Of a stretch of DNA of 43,351 nucleotides, positions 1 through 10,702 are shown piece by piece. Under the pieces are notes generated by a model. The model did not search any database, had not been told where the DNA came from, and saw only the letters and a list, made by a program, of their open reading frames with translations. Location of the stretch: positions 372,001-415,351 of the forward strand of contig MU058449.1 of assembly GCA_013265495.1 (NCBI GenBank). The letters run 5' to 3'. The position numbers and the translations under genes were made by a program. Numbering within the stretch: the stretch's first letter is position 1; every line of letters begins with the position of its first letter. This DNA comes from Vicugna vicugna (lineage: Eukaryota).

Positions 1-74
1 CTTAAACTTTGTACTTGATTGAAAAAGAAGAAAATTTGCATTTCTAGAGCACCAAAACATTCAAAGAATTATGC

Positions 75-295
75 CAGGAAAATTGCACGTTTTATACAGT
101 GTTAGAATTTAATGATGGATTTAATCCTTACTGTAAGTTTTGCAAGGTAAACCTCATCCCAATTTTGAAGTGAAAAAATGAGCTCAGTGCCTTAAAGAAC
201 TTGGTTAAGTCACATAAAATAAGAAACAGGACTGAGATTATAATCCAGTCATGTAGTTATCTAAAAGACCTTGTTATTTTTACTATACCAAGTTG
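75..295 (-). mobile_element. MIR SINE remnant
   Basis: Degenerate match to the MIR core (ttaatcct...cccaattttgaagtgaaaaaatgagctcag...aagtcacat). Confidence 0.6.
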
Positions 296-1490
296 CCTTC
301 TAGGAGACCTGCCTGTCATTCAGCTCTGGTGTGCCTTTTACCAAAAGCGGTTGATATATGAAATACTTAGATCTGTAAAACTCAATTTATAATGTATAAA
401 TGCTACAATGTATTTTGGCAAATATACAACTCTATTCTGTTATCTTAAGTATTCAGAGTAAATCTACAAAAAGACAAATAATCCAACTTCATCAACTGAA
501 ACAAAAAAGGACATGATATTAATATTACTGTACTTTTATTTTTAAAGCAACTTTGTGTTTATGTTTTTTATCCCTTTATTTTAAGCTTTCATTGAAACTC
601 CTGCTTTTCTGTGATTCTATTTTATAAATATTATATAATTGGAATATTTCTAATAAAATGTGAAGTCTAACCTGAATAGTAAATTTTAGTATTGTATGCT
701 CTTTAACCTATAGCTGTCATCAAATAATTTGTAAATTTGTATTTCTATTCAGAATAGTTCTGTAAGTTAAAATATTTAACAAACACAATAGTCTTATTTA
801 TATAGGAATATATTTTATCATTAACCTCTAAATTATGTTCCCCATACAAAAACACATAAATACCCATATATGCAGAAGACTATTACTTTACTTTTATCCA
901 TTTCCCAACCACACTTTATTGAATAATCTGGAACTTTAATACTAAATTATTATCTGTTGAGGCATTTTTGGATTCTACCTTTGTTATCCAAAATATCAGT
1001 TATTTTTCCAGAATACCATCATACTTTTCATATATGATTAACAGATTTCCTAGGTTATTTGTCAAAATCAACATTCCAGAGAAAAATCCCAAAGCACCAA
1101 GGCCAATCTCAAGAACTGAGGACCCTGGGATGATGAAATTCAGCTTCCTCATCTTGAGTGAAAACCATGCTTTCTATTTGTCCCCCACCTCAATCCTGTA
1201 ATGTTGTAAATTTTGGGTTTCCTGCCAGGTCCTGCCCTCTGGGAAAAAAATCAACAGCATTGCATACTTTGAATATTAAACAGGCTCAGGGCCACAGGAG
1301 AATCTAAACAATGGAGATAATATGTCTTTTTTGAGAATTTACCCCTGAGACTGCTTCTCTTTCCTGCAGCGAGAATAACCCTAGGGTTATCTCCCTTCTT
1401 ATCCCCATTAGCTGCAGCATTTATCTGATCACTACTTGATAAAGTGTAATTGTAATTATCACCATAAACTACTATAATACCCAGCTTTTT

Positions 1491-1956
1491 TTAAGTTTAT
1501 AATCATTTTATTTTTTTAAATTTTTTAACATTTTTTAACATTTTTTATTGATTTATAATCATTTTACAATGTTGTGTCAAATTACAGTGTAGAGCACAGT
1601 TTTTCAATTGCCTGAGCATATATGTATTCATTGTCACATTTTTTTCTCTGTGAGCTACCGTAAGATCTTGTATATATTTCCCTGTACTATACAGTATAAT
1701 CTTGTTTATCTATTCTACAATTTTGAAATCCCAGTCTATCTCTTCCCACCCCCCACCCCCTTGGCAACCACAAGTCTGTATTCTATGCCTATGAGTCTAT
1801 TTCTGTTCTGTATTTATGCTTTTTTTTTTTTTNNNNNNNNNNNNNNNNNNNNNNNNNNNNNNATATTGTATTTTTCTTCTCTTTCTGGCTTACTTCACTT
1901 AGAATGACATTCTCCAGGAGCATCCATGTTGCTGCAAATGGCATTATGTTGTCGAT
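1491..1956 (-). mobile_element. Young 5'-truncated L1 (3'UTR plus A-tail)
   Basis: T-rich tail at left, L1 3'UTR sequence (cccaccccccacccccttggcaaccacaag; ggcttacttcacttagaatgac). TSD ATACCCAGC(T/A)TTTT at 1477-1490 and 1957-1970. Contains a 30-N gap. Confidence 0.9.
1833..1862. other. Assembly gap (30 N)
   Basis: Run of n directly after a poly-T tract inside the L1. Confidence 1.
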
Positions 1957-2002
1957 ATACCCAGCATTTTAGATTCAAATGATGCAGTAATTTCAAAATG
2001 TC

Positions 2003-2021
2003 ACTGTTTCTTTCTCCCTAG
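2003..2021 (+). promoter_or_regulatory. Probable splice acceptor of gene 1 coding exon
   Basis: actgtttctttctccctAG, with AG at 2020-2021, 31 bp before the ATG; typical OR gene layout. Confidence 0.7.
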
Positions 2022-2051
2022 GAATCAGACCTTGAGGAGCTCAGGTTAGGG

Positions 2052-2996
2052 ATGTCCTCTTGCAACAATTCCATCCCTCAACCCTTGATGTTTATCTTGG
2101 CTGGAATTCCTGGCCTCAAATCTTCCCATGGCTGGTTCTCTGTGCCTTTTTTCTTGGTATTTGTCATTACAGTCATTGGCAATGCCACCATCTTATGCAT
2201 CATCCAGGTGGAGAAGAGTCTTCATGAACCCATGTTTCTTCTCTTGGCCATGCTGTCAGTTGTTGACCTGTCTCTGGTCAGTGTCACTGTGCCCCGCATG
2301 CTGGGTATTTTCTGGATGAATGCTAAAGAAATCAGCTTCAATGCCTGCCTCACACAGATGTTTTTCATCCCTTCATTTTATGTAATGGAGTCTGGGATCC
2401 TCCTGGCCATGGCTTTTGACAGATTTGTGGCTATCTGGCACCCTTTGAGATATGCAACCATTCTTGCTAACAACATGCTTGTAAAGATGGCACTGGCTGT
2501 TCTGGCAAGGGCAGTGGCAGTGCTGGCTCCAGCACCCATCCTGGCAAAAAGACTGGAAAGCTTCCAAACCCACATCATTGCTTATTCATACTGTGCCTAC
2601 ATGGCTGTGGTGCAGATAGCCTGTGGAGACATCTCTGATCACATTGTCTATGGCCTTATGGTTATTGTTGCATCTGTGGGATTTGACCTATCTTTTATCA
2701 TTCTGTCGTATGGGCTGATCCTTCATGCTGTCTTTCGGTTACCCTCTTGGGAGGCACGAGGCAAAGCTCTCAGCACATGTGGCTCTCATCTTTGTGTCAT
2801 TGCTCTCTTTTATTCTCCTGTTGTCTTTTCAGTTTTGGCCCAGATTTTAGGCTACCATATGGCTCCTCATCTACAGATTATCATTGACAATCTCTACTTT
2901 TTGGTGCCTCCCATGGTCAACCCCTTGATTTATGGGGCCCGGACCAAGCAAATACGGGAGAGGGTTCTGCGGATCTTTAACTGTCATGGAGACTGA
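2052..2996 (+). CDS. Class I olfactory receptor, OR52 family, 314 aa, open reading frame (gene 1)
   Basis: Intronless 7TM ORF with N-glycosylation site NNS and motifs GIPGL, LHEPMF, MAFDRFVAI-HPLRY, KALSTCGSH, PPMVNPLIYG. A polypyrimidine/AG acceptor lies 31 bp upstream. Subfamily not assigned. Confidence 0.96.
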   Translation: MSSCNNSIPQPLMFILAGIPGLKSSHGWFSVPFFLVFVITVIGNATILCIIQVEKSLHEPMFLLLAMLSVVDLSLVSVTVPRMLGIFWMNAKEISFNACLTQMFFIPSFYVMESGILLAMAFDRFVAIWHPLRYATILANNMLVKMALAVLARAVAVLAPAPILAKRLESFQTHIIAYSYCAYMAVVQIACGDISDHIVYGLMVIVASVGFDLSFIILSYGLILHAVFRLPSWEARGKALSTCGSHLCVIALFYSPVVFSVLAQILGYHMAPHLQIIIDNLYFLVPPMVNPLIYGARTKQIRERVLRIFNCHGD

Positions 2997-3226
2997 GCTT
3001 TATACCTGAGATGGACAGGAGACCTAGGATATGGAGCTGGAAATCATGTTAGGTTGGAGGTAGAGATAATTCCTGCTAGATTTGGGAATTCATGGGGAAA
3101 GGAATACTCAAGGCTAAAAAAGGACTCAGTCAGTATGGAAATATAGCTGGGGCATGTTCTTTCCTTCATGATATAGTTGTTATGAAACCTTCATGATCAG
3201 AACCCTCCCTAAATGCTCATGCATGT

Positions 3227-3264
3227 AATAAAGTAGGGGAACATTTTGTTGTTAATTTGTTTAT
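3227..3264 (+). terminator. Candidate polyadenylation signal of gene 1
   Basis: AATAAA at 3227-3232, ~230 bp after the stop, followed by a GT/T-rich element (ttttgttgttaatttgtttat). Confidence 0.45.
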
Positions 3265-3695
3265 CTAATCGTATAATATAACATAATATAACATAATAAT
3301 ATAAGATAATATAATGATAACATAACATAAATTGGAAGCCCATTGTTTCAAATGAGATAAAATGAATTTAAGCATATATCTAAAGACCCATGAGTAAAAG
3401 TAATTATTCAAAGATTTTTGTTGATTTAATGATTTTTCTTCAATATTATGTTTCAGATATTTCACCAACACAGAATTATATTTCATTGAAAAAGTCCTAG
3501 TGGAAATAAACATATATAAATATCCATGATCATATCAGTGAATAATGAACTCCTTTTCTATTGGAAGGCTTTTAGTAGAAAAACTAAAGTCATCTTTAGG
3601 GAATTACATTAGTGTCAGAATATAGAACCAATATACAGTAGATTGAACTTGATAGGTAAGCATTTTATAAATGGAAAAAAAAAAAAGACCTAACC

Positions 3696-4418
3696 TTAAG
3701 TTTTTGAGGCACTGGCATACTGTTTTCCATGGTGGTCACACCAATTTACATTCCCACCAACAGTGAATGATAGTTCTCTTTTCTTCACATCCTCTCCAAC
3801 ACTTGTTATTTCTTGCCTTTTTGTTACTAGGCATTCTGATGGGCATAAGGTGATATCTCATTGTGGTTTTGATTTGCATTTCCCTTACAACTAGTGATGT
3901 TAAACATCTTTTCATGTGCCTATTGGCCATCTGCCATGTGATCCAGCTATTCTGGATATTTATACAAAGAATATGAAAACACTAATTTAAAAAGGTATAT
4001 GCACCCTGTGTTCTTCACAGCATTAATAATGGAATGCTATTCAGCCATTAAAAAGTTTGAAAACTTTCTATTTATGACAGCATGGGTGGGCCTTGAGGTT
4101 ATTATGCTAAGTGAAATAAGTCAGATAGAGAAAGACAGATTCCATATTATTTGATTGGTATGTGGAATGTGTATAAATGAGTGAATAAATAATATGAACA
4201 AATTACACCAAATAAAAAGCAAACATATAAATACAGAGAATAGAGTAGTGGTTACTAGAAGGGAAGAAGGATGGGGGAAGGGTGGAATGGAAAAGAGGGT
4301 CAACTCTATGAAGATGGATAGAAACTAAACCTTTAGTGATAAGAACACTGTAGTATATACAGAAGTTGAAATATAATATTGTACACATACAATTTGTATA
4401 ATGTTATAAACCAATTTT
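3696..4418 (+). mobile_element. 5'-truncated L1 with inverted 5' segment (3696-3933 on -, 3934-4418 on +)
   Basis: Minus segment encodes the ORF2 C-terminus (HMKRC...[13 protein letters not shown]...HCWWECKLV). Plus segment continues at ccatgtgatccagc through the 3'UTR. Candidate TSD AAAGACC(T/C)AA at 3684-3693 and 4419-4428. Confidence 0.88.
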
Positions 4419-4499
4419 AAAGACCCAAAGAAGCTATTTTTTCTCTAGCTTCACTTTTTCTCTTCTTCCCATCTGACCTCATATGTTTTCACAAATTCA

Positions 4500-5380
4500 A
4501 GACACTCAAGTCTGTATCTTAAACTATGAGTTAGCTCTGTGTTTCAGAACACATTGCAACAGCCTTGTAATCCGCTTTTCATATACACCTTAAACTTAAG
4601 TCTTTCCAGACTAAACTCCTAATCTCCTTGCCAACTACATTGTTCCTCTGTAGTCCCCATTTTTATTCATTTGACCTGAGTTAAATTAAGTTTAAAACCT
4701 TTAAATTACTTATTTTTATTTCCTTGCCTTCATCCAACCAATGCCTGAGATTTCTCAGTGCTTTTTCACTCTTTTTCCTACCTCATACTTTCATCACTTT
4801 CAATCTCTGTACTGCAAAATCCTCTAACCTCCCTGTATTAAATCTCTCTCATATTCAAAATTGTTATTAACATTGTAACTGGAGTTGTCTTCCTCAAACA
4901 GTTATCTCATTTTGTTCACTTAAAATCTTCGACAGCTTGTCCCTCAATCTGTTCTCAAGATAAAGTCTTAACTCCATAGCATGGCCTTCAAGTTACTGCA
5001 TGACTAGGCATCAGTCTGCCATGCCACATTCTTTACTTTCACTAATTCACAGGATAGGCATCAGTCTAGCCAAACCTGACTGCTTTATTTGTAAAGAAAT
5101 CACACATTCCTTGCTACTCTAGGCATTTTTCTTTCATCTTTCTTAGTCAAAACTCTTCCCACCTCAAGAGACACTTTCTTTGATTTGTTTTCCTTAATGC
5201 TTGTCCTCAAACAGTACCAACCAGTCTGTCCAGCCAGACACTTTAAGTTTCTTTGACATTCACTTATTTATGATCTTTATTGTAGTTCAGTTATTAGTCT
5301 TGATACTATGCCATTATTCTTAACACTGACATTTCTTTAAGGCAAAGGCCATGTCCAGAAATTCAACTTTTCACCTCACA
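4500..5380 (+). mobile_element. Degenerate L2 LINE remnant
   Basis: Pyrimidine-rich stretch with L2 3' motifs (caccttaaacttaag...actaaactcctaatct; agcatggccttcaag...tgcatgact). Confidence 0.55.
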
Positions 5381-5529
5381 TAAGCAGGTTCTAAACCCTG
5401 GTCTTAGGTTTTTTTAAAAAAAAAAAAATGTAGTTAAACACCAATTCATAAACCAAGGGACCTAAACATGTAAGTCTTACCCATCGTCCCATTCCTAATG
5501 TGCATAAATTAGATACCATAATTTAGATA

Positions 5530-5715
5530 CCTAATCTTCTAGTATGAAGATTGCATGATTTGTATTATCTCTTTTTTTGTCAGATGAGGAAATAAAAGCA
5601 TAAAGTTTAAAACAACTTTTCCAAGGTCACATCTAATAAGTGGCAGATCTCTGATTGTATATGAAATATGCAGTACTTGAAAGCCTTTGATCTTTAGGCA
5701 ATCTCAACTGACCTT
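5530..5715 (-). mobile_element. MIR SINE remnant
   Basis: cagatgaggaaataaaagca...ccaaggtcacatctaataagtggcaga matches the MIR core. Confidence 0.7.
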
Positions 5716-5929
5716 CCTGCATACATTATCATTTGATGTGGTGTGTATTGTACCAAGTACATCTACTGTGTAAAGCACCTTGATCAGACTAAAGACATCA
5801 ATTAAGCATAATATTGCATTAATCTTTAAACATCTGAAAAATGTAAATTTTAACTCTCAAACAGTTTGAGATCAATTAGACAGGAAAAAATTCAAAGTAT
5901 GTGTAATATAATAGCATTTTTTTAAATGA

Positions 5930-7282
5930 AAACTGCACTGTTGGTGAAAATGTGACTTGATATAGCCATATGGAAAACAGTAGTACTCTGCTCAAAAAGG
6001 ATAAACTTTCACTTATAAAATGAATAAGTTCTGGTGATCTAATGGACATTACAGTGATTATAGGTAACACTATTGTATTACATAGTTGACCCTTGAACAT
6101 TGTAGGGGTTACAGACATAGATTCCCCACACAAAGTCATGCATAACTTTTGATTCCCCCAAACTTAATTACTTATAATTTACCATTGACTGGAAGCCTTA
6201 CCAATAATGTGAACAGTCAACACATATTTTGTGTTACATGTATTTTATACTATATTCTTACAATAAAATAAGCTAGAGGAGAGAAAATGTTTTTAAGAAA
6301 ATCATAAAGAGAAAATACATTCACCATACTGTACTGTATTTATTGATACTGTAATTTTATATCGTCTGCTTACAGAATGAATTGTCTGTTTGACATCTGC
6401 ATCAGTATTGTCTTATATGATACAAAACACTGTAGATGTTATGTGTATTACTAACACTGGACATAAAAAAATTAAAACATAATGTGAAAAATAAACTCAT
6501 ATTTATTTAGAGGTATAATAATTCATGCATTGATAATGAAGAAACAATAATGCTATTGTTTTATGGTAGCCCTGTAATCAATATTATGGTAGCCTTGTAA
6601 TCAATATTATTGCTTCATGATAGCCTAGCTATCATATCATGAATGAATCTTTATAAAAATTTTATGGCATACAGTATTCTAGTTATATTCATAATACCAT
6701 ATTGGGAACATTGTTGCATTTTTAAAAAACCTGTGGTGATAGGCAGATATGCAATTTCTCCAGTTATGAGAGAGGCATACTGTACATTAATATAATTCTT
6801 TGAAAGCAAATTTATAAAATAGTAAGAAAACTAACACATTATTAATTTTATATTAACTATCACTCACCTTATGTCTATGTAAGACTGGGCTAGTGTCTAC
6901 ATATATTTCATGAATTCATGACATACCTGCTGTTTCTTAATTTCAGTAGTTTTGGGTGGTGTGATTCAACTGGAAACTTTTTCAAACTATGATAAATCTG
7001 CAAAGATTTTTCCAATGTATTTATTGAAAAAAATCCATGTGACCCACACAGTTCAAACCTGTGTTCTCAAGGGCCAACTGTACACTTGAAAATTGTTAAA
7101 AGAATAGATCTTAAATGTTTTCACAGCCAAAAAGAAATGGTAGGTATGTGGTGTGATGCAGGTGTTGGCTAATGCTATCATGGTAATCATTCTGCAGTAT
7201 GTAAGTGTATGAAATCAATACTCTACATCCTAAACTTACACAGTGTTGTATGTCAACTATGTCTTAATAAACCTGGGAGATA
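5930..7282 (+). mobile_element. L1MA9/10-like 3' end, interrupted by a Tigger element
   Basis: ORF2-end sequence (cactgttggtgaaaatgt...ggaaaacagta) joined to the 3'UTR (ttataaaatgaataagttctggtgatctaatg), resuming after 7082 (cacttgaaaattgttaaaagaatagatcttaaatg...aataaa). Confidence 0.8.
6083..7080. mobile_element. Tigger2-family (TcMar) non-autonomous DNA transposon, ~1 kb
   Basis: Terminal inverted repeats (t)agttgacccttgaaca ... gttctcaagggccaactg followed by TA. Internal Tigger2/MER8-like sequence (ggaagccttaccaataa; tattcttacaataaaataagctagag). Confidence 0.85.
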
Positions 7283-7789
7283 AAAGATTACAAAACAGAA
7301 TTGATTTAATTCCACTATTGTTATAGAGTAGGTGCTTGAATCAGATTGCACATGGGAATTTTCTCTGTAGGTGATCTTATTTGGGCATTTGTATATGAAC
7401 ATCTATTAAAATGGACAGTCATTGGAACATTTACAGAATTGAACTTCAGTTTTTCCATAAAATTAATTTGAATTAGGACTGATAAAGTGCTCATATGTTG
7501 AATATTTTAACATGCTTTAAATTTGTATTAATTACCATTAAGAATAGGTATTCTTATTTCAATTCAGAAGAAGAGACTGCATATCAAAAGGACTAGAAAA
7601 GGAGTATAAATTTTAATATAGCAAGATCTTCCTTAAAACAGTAAACTATTACAGTGGAAGCAACAAAAAATACCCAATGTTGCTCTGCTCCTTCTATTTT
7701 TCCTTATCTCAGATAGCTATCATAACAATAACTCCACTGAATTTTATGTTGTGTTTTTTGTACCAGTCCTTATTGTTATCAGTTTTAAT

Positions 7790-8040
7790 AATGATAATAA
7801 CTATATTTTAAGCACCTTATTATGTGCTATGCTTAAAATACATTTTAAATTGTTATGTTCATACAATAGTTCTTTTAGGTAATTGTTACTATCCCAGTTA
7901 TAAGAATAAGGAAAATTAGGTCAGATAATTCAAATATTTTTAGTTCTCTTTTTATAACACACAGGTAATAGATGGTAGAGTCAGAAGCCAAGCCTAGGTC
8001 TGTCTCATCACAATATCCATGCTTTCAATCTTTTCACAAT
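7790..8040 (-). mobile_element. MIR SINE remnant
   Basis: aataataactatatttaagcaccttattatgtgc...cacacaggtaatagatggtagagtcagaagccaagcctaggtctgtct. Confidence 0.6.
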
Positions 8041-8904
8041 ACTTTTTCCTTGAAAGAATTTCTTGAAGGCAGAGACTACATGAACATTATTTTCATCAGC
8101 CTTTCATAGTATGTGGACAGTATAGATAGTGAGTTAAAACAGAATGTATGAATTAAATATGGATGAATAGAAGAATAGATCTCATATCTTCTTTGGATCT
8201 AGAACAGGTAGAGGTGGGAGAATTGAAAATGTCTTCCACTTTCAATGGATATGTCATTCTTCTGTTTGAAGACAATGACTTTATATTATTTGGAAGTCTA
8301 ATTATTTTGGTCTATCTTTTGTACTTATTTCTCTTGAAAGTCTCTATATGGAATTCTAATCCCACAAAATATATGGAATAATCTTATTTTTAAAATTACT
8401 GTAAGATAAGAATTTGATCCAGTATGTCTCAGGATTACTGGTGAAAACAGGCAGGATTATACAAAAAATGATTCTGTGAGCACTATCTTGTCTGCCTGTG
8501 AACTTTGACATGTCCCATCCCTCCCAGTAGAAAAGGCTGCAACCAGGCATAACTTTCCATTGGACTAGGTAACATGCAAAATCTCCACATATTGGAAAGC
8601 TGGTATTTCCAGTTGTTCTTCTAAACAATTGGCTTATTAATATGAAATTATTGCCATGAATCTTAGGCAGCTTGGTACCTGATGCCAATGTGTTAATTCT
8701 CTTCAAGGCTGATTTCACAAGGTGTGGGGATTATTTCCCTGGAACACAGTCCATGATGCACTCAGCAGTGTCCTATACCCTGTCTACGTCTCTGTGAGAT
8801 TATAAAGGGACTTAGAAAAATGCCTTCTCTTTCTACATGTTTTTTTGTATGTTTTCCCAATAAAACTTTTTTTTTTTTACTTTTTAGCTAATTTAAAAAA
8901 AACT

Positions 8905-9335
8905 AGCCATATAACTTCAGCCTTCTCCATAAGTTGCCTGTAGATTGCCTCTGTTTATTCCAGTAGATTCCCATGACTCTGTCTGAGACCTTCCTCTAAC
9001 CTGGGGAGCATGTTCTATTCATTAGTGGAACATGTGAGAAGTGTTGGGAAGGTGATACTTCAGAAGTTACCATCTAACAATAAGAGATGGAGATTGGTGG
9101 ATAAATACCCCATGTTTCTATCCCCACATTGGTACAATCTGGAGGTAATGTTTCTCACATATTTTCCAGTACCCCTGGCAGGAAAGGGCTGGTCATCCAC
9201 AGAATTGGTCTGCTTGACCATGCACACTTTAATGGTTTTCTTCCCTCCTTCACAAGTTTTTCCTTGGATCAATTCCCAGATATACCACATACATTGAAAT
9301 TCTTACTTTGGTTAGCTTTGGGGAAAACTCTTGAT
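8905..9335 (+). mobile_element. LTR33-like ERVL solo LTR, old
   Basis: gattggtggataaatacccc (9092-9111) and downstream tgcttgaccatgcacactttaatgg...tccttggatcaattccca...tttggggaaaac follow the recalled LTR33 consensus. Confidence 0.65.
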
Positions 9336-9699
9336 AGGAAATGCTTATGAGTATGCTCACCTATTTATAGACTGAGACCATCATAAGATAAACTTTAATC
9401 TTCCCTTCCTACTCTAAGAAATAATATATGTCATTAGCTTGATCATCAAGAGGAGGAAGACAAACAACCGTGGTAGATGAAGAAACTGAGTTAAGATTAT
9501 TGGTGTTCATGTGGTGGTAATGTTGGTAATATATATGCTCTTAACCTGTGGAGACCCTGGACAGGAAGGTCTAATGGGAAAAGGGGACTGAGGGTAATAT
9601 GGCTAAACTTCAGCATCTTGGATTTTCTTCACTAGCTTTTAAACTTTTTTGAGCTGTACGGATAAGAAGAATGGGATACAATAAGCTGTTTCATGCCCA

Positions 9700-9900
9700 T
9701 CATCAGAGAAGTTGCTCAAATTAGTGGACAACATCTCAAAACCTTTCAAAGTGTCTCCTAATGACCTTTTGGGAAAAAACAATAAGTTCATAGTGAATTG
9801 CAATGATACACAGACTGAAAATAAACTCCTTCTAAAACCATCACAAACAAGCAATGCTAATCAATATAAACTCTGAAAAGCTGAATTGTTCACTTACCCA
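9700..9900 (+). mobile_element. Possible L3/CR1 reverse-transcriptase remnant
   Basis: One frame reads LVDNISKPFKVSPNDLLGK, resembling the CR1 RT motif LDFSKAFDKVSHDILVDK. Confidence 0.3.
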
Positions 9901-10702
9901 ATAAAAGGACTATATTTGTACAGTTAAATAAAACCAAGTTATCATATTATTGAAATATGAATATATAATTTTCTATTGTAGAATGATTTGTATATTTTGA
10001 TCCCTGATGAAGGCACAGATGAGCTACTTTTCATTAAACAAGCACTCAAGGGAGTTAGATTCACACACATCTGCACATACTTCTCTATATCTACATGAGT
10101 TATGATAATTTATTAAAAACTTGAAGTTATGGTTGATACAATTTCATCATCTTAAATAAAATGCATCATTCAAATCTCACGTTTGCAATGACTTTCTATA
10201 TAAGGTCTTCTCTGATTCCCTCTAAAATCTAAATTAGTTGCTTCTTACATGTGAACGTAAATCTTTTGTTCTTATCTTACCATGGCCTAAATCAAATTAA
10301 ATTATATTTATTCCTTTGAAATCATGAATATGTCTCTGTCACCGTTATACTTCCAAAAGATAAACTGCCTCTTGGTATCGCAGAAAGATGCAATAGATGT
10401 GTAAACAAGAAAGGAGGTGGGGCAGAGAAAGAATAATGGGAGGCACAAAGATAAAGGAAGGAAGGAAGCGAGAGATGGAGGGATAATAATGATAGGAAAT
10501 TATGAGATACATGTATACTTTTTTACCCAAGTTTATCTTATATTCTGATTGCCCTCGCCTAGGGAATATATCTTTAAGGGATATCATTATAATGTAAAAA
10601 TCTTACCAAGATACACATAGTGCAATGAGTTTCCATCTTAAACAGGTAAATATATATTTCTCCTGTGTCATATTATTTTGGATGACTGCTAGGTGTCACG
10701 CT

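Noticed and set aside
8356..9350. ORFs of 73-120 aa as a fifth OR or a novel gene
   Set aside because: No OR motifs seen; 8905-9335 matches an LTR33-like repeat.
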